Below, one piece after another: positions 58,601-64,000 of a DNA stretch of 64,000 bases (its first letter is position 1; each line of letters begins with the position of its first letter). The notes under the pieces were generated by a model that made no database searches, had not been told where the DNA came from, and worked only from the letters and a program-made list of their open reading frames with translations. The DNA lies in contig OZ242008.1 of NCBI GenBank assembly GCA_965204735.1, positions 1,824,001 through 1,888,000 of the forward strand, written 5' to 3'. Made by a program: the position numbers and the translations under genes. The DNA is from Longimicrobiales bacterium (lineage in GTDB: Bacteria > Gemmatimonadota > Gemmatimonadetes > Longimicrobiales > Gaopeijiaceae).

Positions 58601-59761
58601 GGCGCCGTCTTCGCGGCCTTCAACCGAATGGTGCTTCGGCTGGACGAGACCCGCCAGGAACTGGTCCGGTCGACCCGGCGCACCCGGGCGATCGTCGAGG
58701 AAGTGGCCACGGGGGTGGTGGCCGTGAACTCCGCCGGGCAGGTCACGGTCGTCAACCCCCAGGCCCAGGCGCTGCTCGAGACGCGGCTGGAAGTTGGCGA
58801 CGCGCTTCCGCGGGGCGGTCGAGCCGGGGAGGTCGCCGGGTGGCTGGACGACCTGCGGCGGGACTCGACGGGCGAGAATGCGGGAAGCGCCGGCGGCGGC
58901 GATGCGCCGGGCGCCGACAGTCCAAGCGAGAGCGGACCAACGGGCCCGAGCGTCGCCCGAGTCTTCGATTGGGAGGGACGGAGGGTTCGGGGCCGGGCAA
59001 AGCGGATCACCCACGAAGGACATCCCGGCGGGGTGGTGGTGAACCTGGAGGACGTGACCGACGAGCTTCGAAGCGAACGGATCCTGGCGTGGGGCGAGAT
59101 GGCGAAGCAGGCGGCCCACGAAATGCGGAACCCCCTGACTCCGATCTCCCTCTCGGTGGACCACCTGCGCCGGGCGTGGAACGACCGAAGGCCAGACTTC
59201 GGCCGGATTCTGGAGACCAACGTCCAGGTCGTCCTGAAGGAAATCGACCGCCTCGCGGCGATCGCCCGGAGCTTTCTGCGGATGGCGTCGCCGGGCGCCG
59301 GAAGCGAAGGACCGGTCGCCTCCGTGGACGCCCGGTCCGTGGCGAGCGAGGTCCTGGACCTGTATCGGGGCGGCGGGGAGACGCGCATCCTCCTCGACGG
59401 CGAGCTGCCCCGGGTCATGTGCCGGCCCGACGAGCTGAAGGAAGTGCTCCTGAACCTGATCGAGAACTCCCGCGCGGCGATGCCGGAGGGGGGTTCGATC
59501 CGGATCTCGGCGGAGCACGGAGACGATCCGCGCGCCCGAGCGACGATCCTGGTCGAGGACGAGGGGTCGGGAATCCCGCCGGCGCTCCTGCCCCGCGTCT
59601 TCGAGCCCAAGTTCTCGACGCGCTCGTCGGGCACCGGGCTGGGCTTGGCGATCGTTCGACGCCTGGTGGAGTCGTGGGGAGGCTCCGTCGAAGCCGAGAG
59701 CGAGGTGGGGAAGGGGACGCGGATTCGCCTCCGGCTGCGCAGGCCCGACGGCGAGCGCTGA
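55670..59761 (+). CDS. Large multi-TM sensor histidine kinase (HAMP-PAS-HisKA-HATPase, NtrY-like core)
   Basis: DEFG..AFNRM HAMP, AWGEMAKQAAHEMRNPLTPI H-box, NLIENS, DEGSGI, FEPKFST, GTGLGL. Confidence 0.93.
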   Translation: MIMGKRRDHAAPAGSGPARSTASELLLAAGWVCVLLWMRAASPWALAGAAACVLGAAASGVELRRLASCVVLAGAATAGFVSIAGERRFSTDWSAYQLHRQAQVDETVRTELDSLAARGDAAAKRAARAAAAASSRDALHDSLRALLPPSGATAVAVFGSDRRLETWAGSHHGRLPDQVLDGRARHFSGSTLFSYLYFAAPVADGGVAVVAALMRSDLPEPFSGLGDFASRMRERTGERIEVASAAGGGADDVAAWSVSLRDQTDRRTAHERFWKRIAAALVALALIVKFVVAPPRRTRYALFLLLAAAALLPLDDAFLPAYLADSAAFRLPGPVPLTMGRVLALSCALVLVSARAAHLWKGRVGGPWLAPLVAAAAFPLTLTWFEAGASIDLLGMSETSWVVFQAVATTLSGAAVAAALVLSGSRGRNGGGSTGRPLLSVLGIGVSVALSLAVAAGVRTGFAPPAALAAAWALPAFLIAVGLAGFRPGSYARWACALALAGTAVLPFAWSMRTEARKSVAERRLGFLGVVADPGIDRALNRVAEHADSLDRLGVDDLEVLYGAWTSSGLAAQSIPVLLTLWSAEGVPVHELKLGTTQERPAWVDQVVLTLPDAALRRYHAPHGFHGSHLVSLRLAGGRLFTGTVPPRRTIPVPSALGPLFASMESGTDPEFLSLVRLDRQPPPGPPTVEWRRNDEGWRAASVVSYPDGAYSVFHVISISNWWVMLARAVLALAPAFAAVSALWLLGTRTPGARLAAKPRWHGFATSFRSRVTVTLFGFFLLSSVLFWVLANTSLTGASERTATTLAQRVVNQIAAAYSEEGGSLESLARRVGADLLDYRDGELVGGSVDELVELGLYETWVDPEIHDALRRGQRLGAEKVASLGEWRYVVAYRRLPDGDVVAAPIPLRAGAAALRRRDVADLLLAALVLTPVLSLVLAFFVGRALARPLKELRVASDRVGEGNLAVGLPEDRVDEFGAVFAAFNRMVLRLDETRQELVRSTRRTRAIVEEVATGVVAVNSAGQVTVVNPQAQALLETRLEVGDALPRGGRAGEVAGWLDDLRRDSTGENAGSAGGGDAPGADSPSESGPTGPSVARVFDWEGRRVRGRAKRITHEGHPGGVVVNLEDVTDELRSERILAWGEMAKQAAHEMRNPLTPISLSVDHLRRAWNDRRPDFGRILETNVQVVLKEIDRLAAIARSFLRMASPGAGSEGPVASVDARSVASEVLDLYRGGGETRILLDGELPRVMCRPDELKEVLLNLIENSRAAMPEGGSIRISAEHGDDPRARATILVEDEGSGIPPALLPRVFEPKFSTRSSGTGLGLAIVRRLVESWGGSVEAESEVGKGTRIRLRLRRPDGER

Positions 59762-59789
59762 AGACGCGACCGGCTGGTCGGCTCTCGGC

Positions 59790-61175
59790 TCAGGCCTCCC
59801 GCACCTCCCGCACCAAGTCCGACATGGCCTGCTTGGCGTCCCCGAAGAACATCGAGGTGTTGTCCAAGTAGAAGAGGTCGTTGTCGATCCCCGCGAACCC
59901 GGCGCTGAGCGAGCGCTTCATCACGATCACGGCGCGCGCCCGGTCCACGTCGAGGATCGGCATTCCGGCGATCACCGAGTCCGGGTCGCGGGCTGCCGGG
60001 TTCACCACGTCGTTGGCGCCCACCACGAGCACCACGTCGGTCGAGTCGAACTCGGGGTTGATCTCGTCCAGGTCCAGCAGCTGGTCGTAGGACACGTCGG
60101 CTTCGGCCAGGAGGACGTTCATGTGGCCCGGCATCCGCCCCGCCACCGGATGGATGCCGAAGCGCACGGTCGCGCCCCGTTCCTGCAGCAGGTCGCACAC
60201 CTTCTTGAGCTCGTGCTGGGCCTGGGCCACCGCCAGCCCGTAGCCCGGCACCACCACCACCGACCCGGCGTAGGCCAGCATCATCGCCGCCTGCTCCGCG
60301 TCCACGTCCCGAACGGGGCGTTCGCCGGTCTTGAGCTGCGCCTTGGGTCCTTCGGCCCCGAACGCGCCGAAGGCCACGTTGCCCAGGGAGCGGTTCATCG
60401 CCTTGCACATGATCCGAGTGAGGATCAGCCCCGACGCGCCCACCAGGGCGCCGGCGATGATGAGGATCATGTTGCCCAGGACGAAGCCCGTGGCCGCCGC
60501 CGCCAGTCCCGAGTAGGAGTTGAGGAGCGACACCACGACCGGCATGTCGGCGCCCCCGATGGGGATCACCAGCAAGACCCCGAGCGCCAACGCGGCCACC
60601 GCCAGGGCGACGTACGTCTCGGGGCTGGGGTCGCCCACGGTGAACGCGACGCCCGCAGTCAGGATCCCCAGGAAGAGGACCGCGTTGGCGGTCTTCTGAA
60701 GAGGGAAGGTGACCGGGTTGCCGGTGACGACGCCCTGAAGCTTGCCGTAGGCGACGAAGCTGCCGGAGAACGTCACCGCGCCGATGAGGGTGCCCAGGAT
60801 GATCGTGGCTCCCGAGGCGGCCGTCATCTCGCCCCCGGCGCCGGCCACCCGGAGGAACTCGGCCCCGGCCACCGCCGCCGACGCGCCTCCCCCGAAGCCG
60901 TTGAAGACGGCCACCAGCTGGGGCATCGCGGTCATCTTGATCGTCCGGGCCAGCAGCGCGCCGGCCAGCGTTCCCAGCAACACGGACGCCGCGACGGTGG
61001 GCCAGCTGAGGATCTGGTTCTGGAGGACCGTGACCACCACGGCCACGAGCATGGCCAGGGCGGCTCGGGCGTTGCCGGAGCGGGCAGTGGCCGGCGACGA
61101 GAGCTGCTTGATCCCCGAGACGAAGAGGAACGCCGACGCCAGAAGGGCGAGGTGGGCGATCATTGCGGCGTCCAC
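59790..61175 (-). CDS. pntB: NAD(P) transhydrogenase subunit beta
   Basis: MTAMPQLVA, PIGGADMPVVVSLLNSYSG, HPVAGRMPGHMNVLLAEA. Confidence 0.97.
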   Translation of the reverse strand: MDAAMIAHLALLASAFLFVSGIKQLSSPATARSGNARAALAMLVAVVVTVLQNQILSWPTVAASVLLGTLAGALLARTIKMTAMPQLVAVFNGFGGGASAAVAGAEFLRVAGAGGEMTAASGATIILGTLIGAVTFSGSFVAYGKLQGVVTGNPVTFPLQKTANAVLFLGILTAGVAFTVGDPSPETYVALAVAALALGVLLVIPIGGADMPVVVSLLNSYSGLAAAATGFVLGNMILIIAGALVGASGLILTRIMCKAMNRSLGNVAFGAFGAEGPKAQLKTGERPVRDVDAEQAAMMLAYAGSVVVVPGYGLAVAQAQHELKKVCDLLQERGATVRFGIHPVAGRMPGHMNVLLAEADVSYDQLLDLDEINPEFDSTDVVLVVGANDVVNPAARDPDSVIAGMPILDVDRARAVIVMKRSLSAGFAGIDNDLFYLDNTSMFFGDAKQAMSDLVREVREA

Positions 61176-61178
61176 GGC

Positions 61179-61457
61179 TCAGCCTTTCCTGAACATGCGG
61201 AGCATGCGGTCGGTGACCATGAAGCCGCCGACCACGTTGACCGTGGCCATGACGATCCCGGCCACGCCCAGCCAGCGCACCACCGGCGTCTCCGCCGCGC
61301 CCGTCACGACCAGGGCTCCAATGAGGGCGATCCCCGAGATCGCGTTTGCGCCCGACATGAGGGGCGTGTGAAGGGTGGGGGGGACCTTGGAGATCACCTC
61401 CTTGCCGGCCAGCGTGGCCAGCACGAACACGTACAGGCCGATCAGCATCTCGCTCAT
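61179..61457 (-). CDS. pntA: NAD(P) transhydrogenase subunit alpha, part 2
   Basis: [31 protein letters not shown]. Confidence 0.95.
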   Translation of the reverse strand: MSEMLIGLYVFVLATLAGKEVISKVPPTLHTPLMSGANAISGIALIGALVVTGAAETPVVRWLGVAGIVMATVNVVGGFMVTDRMLRMFRKG

Positions 61458-62599
61458 CGCTGCTGCTCCGTTGCGCCGGCCAGGTTGGTCCTGACCCGCT
61501 CGTTCACGACTTCCCCGCCTCGCGTCACGCACGCGGCGGCGGTGATCTCGTCGTCGGGGTTGGTTGCGCCCTCGTCGTCGAAGAGGTGGCAGACGAAGGC
61601 GGCCAAGTTCCGGGCGTACATCTCGCTGGCGTGGTACGGCAGCTCCGCCGGCAGGTTCGCTGGACCCATGACCGCCACGCCGTCGTGGTGGACCGTCTTC
61701 CCGGCCGAGGTCAGCTCGCAGTTCCCGCCGGACTCGGAGGCAAGGTCCACGACGGCGCTTCCCGCCCGCATCGAGGCCACCATCTCGCGGGTGACGAGCA
61801 CCGGCGCCGGCTTGCCCGGGATCTGGGCGGTCGTCACCACCAGATCCATCTCGGGGACGTGGGCCGCGATCAGCTCGAGCTCCCGCCGGTGCTGTTCTTC
61901 GGAGAGGGCCTTGGCGTAGCCGCCCTCGTCCTCGACGCCCTCGTCCAGATCGGCTTCCAGGAACCGGGCGCCGAGACTCTGGACCTGCTCCTTCACCGCG
62001 GGCCGGACGTCGAACGCCGACACGACCGCGCCGAGCCGCCGGGCCGTGGCGATGGCCTGAAGACCCGCCACTCCCGCGCCCAGGATCATTGCCTTGGCGG
62101 GGCGGATCGTTCCGGCGGCGGTCGTGAGCATGGGCAGGAAGCGGGTCACGGCGCCCGCCCCCCGGAGCACGGCCATGTAGCCGGCCACCGTCGCCTGGGA
62201 CGAGAGGACGTCCATCTTCTGGGCTCTGGTGATCCGAGGGACCAGCTCCACGGCGAACGAGGAGACTTCGCGTTCCGCCAGCGCCTCGATCGCGTCGGTG
62301 GGGCCAAGGGGGTTCAGGTGGCAGGCCAGTGCGCACGCGCGGGGCAGGGCCGCCACCTCGTCCAGCGACGGCGGCTGGACCTTCAGGACCAAGTCGGCAG
62401 CCTCCAGCGCGGCCCTTCTGCCGGCGACCACCTCCACGCCGGCTTCCCGGAAGTCGTCGTCGGCGAAGGACGCCGCCGTGCCGGCCCCTGCTTCGATCCG
62501 AAGCGTCCACCCGCGCTTCTGGTACTCCCGCACCGCGCTGGGGGCGAGGGCCACCCGCCGTTCGCCGGGGCGGCTCTCCGTCATGACAGCGATTCTCAT
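61454..62599 (-). CDS. pntA: NAD(P) transhydrogenase subunit alpha, part 1
   Basis: [40 protein letters not shown]. Confidence 0.96.
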   Translation of the reverse strand: MRIAVMTESRPGERRVALAPSAVREYQKRGWTLRIEAGAGTAASFADDDFREAGVEVVAGRRAALEAADLVLKVQPPSLDEVAALPRACALACHLNPLGPTDAIEALAEREVSSFAVELVPRITRAQKMDVLSSQATVAGYMAVLRGAGAVTRFLPMLTTAAGTIRPAKAMILGAGVAGLQAIATARRLGAVVSAFDVRPAVKEQVQSLGARFLEADLDEGVEDEGGYAKALSEEQHRRELELIAAHVPEMDLVVTTAQIPGKPAPVLVTREMVASMRAGSAVVDLASESGGNCELTSAGKTVHHDGVAVMGPANLPAELPYHASEMYARNLAAFVCHLFDDEGATNPDDEITAAACVTRGGEVVNERVRTNLAGATEQQR

Positions 62600-62749
62600 G
62601 GATGTCGTTCCTCGTCGGTGGGCGCCGTCGGGCCGAGCGCCAGTCGGGGGCGCGGCCGATTCGCTTCGACGGCTGCGACAACTTGCCGCGCGCTTTCCCG
62701 TTCCGCCAGCGGGAGAACTTCCGCGGCTCGCGGGCGCCCCGACGGCGGT

Positions 62750-62802
62750 CGAAAAAATTGGCCGATCCAGCCATCCAAACGTCCCGCTCAAGTTGGTATG
62801 CT
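62750..62802 (+). promoter_or_regulatory. Conserved non-coding motif, copy 2, with extended -10 upstream of comM
   Basis: cgA6ttggccgATCCAgccATCCAaacg-N15-tatgct (TGgTATGCT). Confidence 0.55.
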
Positions 62803-62833
62803 GTGGTTCCACCCCTGCCGGAGGTCCGCAGCC

Positions 62834-64000
62834 ATGCTCGCCGTCGTTCATTCCTACTGGGTTCACGGGGTCGAAGGCCAGCCCGTGAGAGTCGAGGTCA
62901 AGGTCCAGTCGGGCCTTCCGGTATTCACGGTCGTGGGTCTCCCGGCGGGAGCTGTGCGGGAGGGGAAGGAGCGGGTCTTCGCCGCGCTTGCTCAAGCGGG
63001 GATGCCCCTGCCGCCCCGCAGGGTCACCGTCAACTTGGCTCCCGCCGACCTGCCCAAGTCCGGTTCCGGCTTCGACCTGCCCATCGCCGTCGGACTTCTG
63101 GCGGCCTGCGGGCAGGTCCCGCCCGAATCGCTGCAAGGGAGCGGCTTCGTCGGCGAACTGGGACTGGACGGATCGGTGCGCCCGATTCGCGGTGCCATCG
63201 CCCTGGCCATGAGCTGCCTCGCGGAGAAGCGGAGACGGCTCTTCGTGCCCCTCGGGAACGTCCGCGAGGCGTCGGCAGCACCCGGGTTGGAGACCCTGGG
63301 AGTCGCCGACCTGGGCGAACTCGTTGCGCACCTCAGGCAAGGAAACGTGCTCCGCCCCAGGAGCGCCCCGCCTCCCGTCGCCTCCCCTGCGAGCGGCCCG
63401 GACCTGCTGGAGGTGCGGGGACAGGAGATGGCGAAGCGGGCGCTCGTGATCGCCGCGGCGGGGGGCCACAGCCTTCTCATGTCGGGTCCGCCGGGCGCCG
63501 GGAAGACGATGCTCGCCCGCCGGCTGGCAGGGCTCCTGCCGCCGCTCTCGGAGCGCGAGTCCCTGGAGGTGACCCGCGTCCACTCGGTCGCCGGGCTTCT
63601 CGACGCAGAGGCGCCCGTCAAGACGACCCGTCCCTTTCGGTCGCCCCACCACACGATCTCGGCCGGCGGCCTCATCGGAGGCGGGAACCCTCCCCGCCCG
63701 GGAGAGATCAGCTTGGCGCACCTGGGCGTGCTCTTCCTCGACGAGCTTCCCGAGTTCGGCCGCCGCGTCCTGGAAACCCTCCGGCAGCCCATCGAGTCCG
63801 GACGAGTCAGGATCGCCAGAGTCCGGCACTCGGTAACCTTTCCGGCGCGCTTCCAAGTCGTCGCCGCCATGAATCCCTGCCCCTGCGGCATGGGAGGCGA
63901 CGACTGCATCTGCCACGACCGGGACGTGGCGCGCTACCGCGGCCGCGTGTCGGGTCCCCTGCTGGACCGCATCGACGTGCACGTGCCCATGGGTCCCGTG
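62834..64000 (+). CDS. comM: YifB/ComM Mg-chelatase-like AAA+ ATPase (3' truncated by window; absent from ORF track)
   Basis: MLAVVHS...[67 protein letters not shown]. Confidence 0.94.
   Translation, partial: MLAVVHSYWVHGVEGQPVRVEVKVQSGLPVFTVVGLPAGAVREGKERVFAALAQAGMPLPPRRVTVNLAPADLPKSGSGFDLPIAVGLLAACGQVPPESLQGSGFVGELGLDGSVRPIRGAIALAMSCLAEKRRRLFVPLGNVREASAAPGLETLGVADLGELVAHLRQGNVLRPRSAPPPVASPASGPDLLEVRGQEMAKRALVIAAAGGHSLLMSGPPGAGKTMLARRLAGLLPPLSERESLEVTRVHSVAGLLDAEAPVKTTRPFRSPHHTISAGGLIGGGNPPRPGEISLAHLGVLFLDELPEFGRRVLETLRQPIESGRVRIARVRHSVTFPARFQVVAAMNPCPCGMGGDDCICHDRDVARYRGRVSGPLLDRIDVHVPMGPV

Noticed and set aside
55661..59871. Very long alternative-frame ORFs (1285 aa minus, 1368 aa plus; similar ones over nuo, pgk, gap and the dehydrogenase genes)
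   Set aside because: These are shadow ORFs caused by high GC. They are Arg/Gly/Pro-rich, have no motifs and overlap well-supported genes.

Overview
High-GC bacterial chromosome segment. Gene order and content suggest Gemmatimonadota (inference, not a database result). Most of the window is housekeeping: coaBC(partial)-udg-dnaB-ispD-tsaC, a phosphatase/AroE fusion, comF, gap-[ECF sigma + TonB-domain protein]-pgk-tpiA-secG, a 2-oxoacid dehydrogenase E1a/E1b/E2 + lipB cluster, rnhA, carA, HU, moaDEA, mdh, FKBP, an M28 peptidase, dcd, a complete nuoA-N operon, pmm/pgm, bshB1, a TolC/adaptor/two-permease exporter, a large sensor kinase, pntA1/A2/B and a partial comM. The standout is an accessory locus at about 42.65-48.4 kb. 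It encodes three paralogous small secreted peptides that share a basic+hydrophobic leader ending A-x-A|Q and a C-x3-C-x4-6-CC cysteine frame. They sit among three 6-bladed beta-propeller-type proteins (one doubly frameshifted) and a CxxC thioredoxin-like lipoprotein. This looks like a candidate undescribed disulfide-rich peptide system. Other oddities are an E1-alpha lacking its ThDP motif, an ECF sigma paired with an anti-sigma-like TonB-domain protein inside the gap-pgk operon, a conserved non-coding motif shared by the peptide operon and comM, a 9-bp head-to-head gene junction, and many short tandem duplications. No rRNA, tRNA, CRISPR array or transposase was recognised. Start codons were refined by eye and are provisional.
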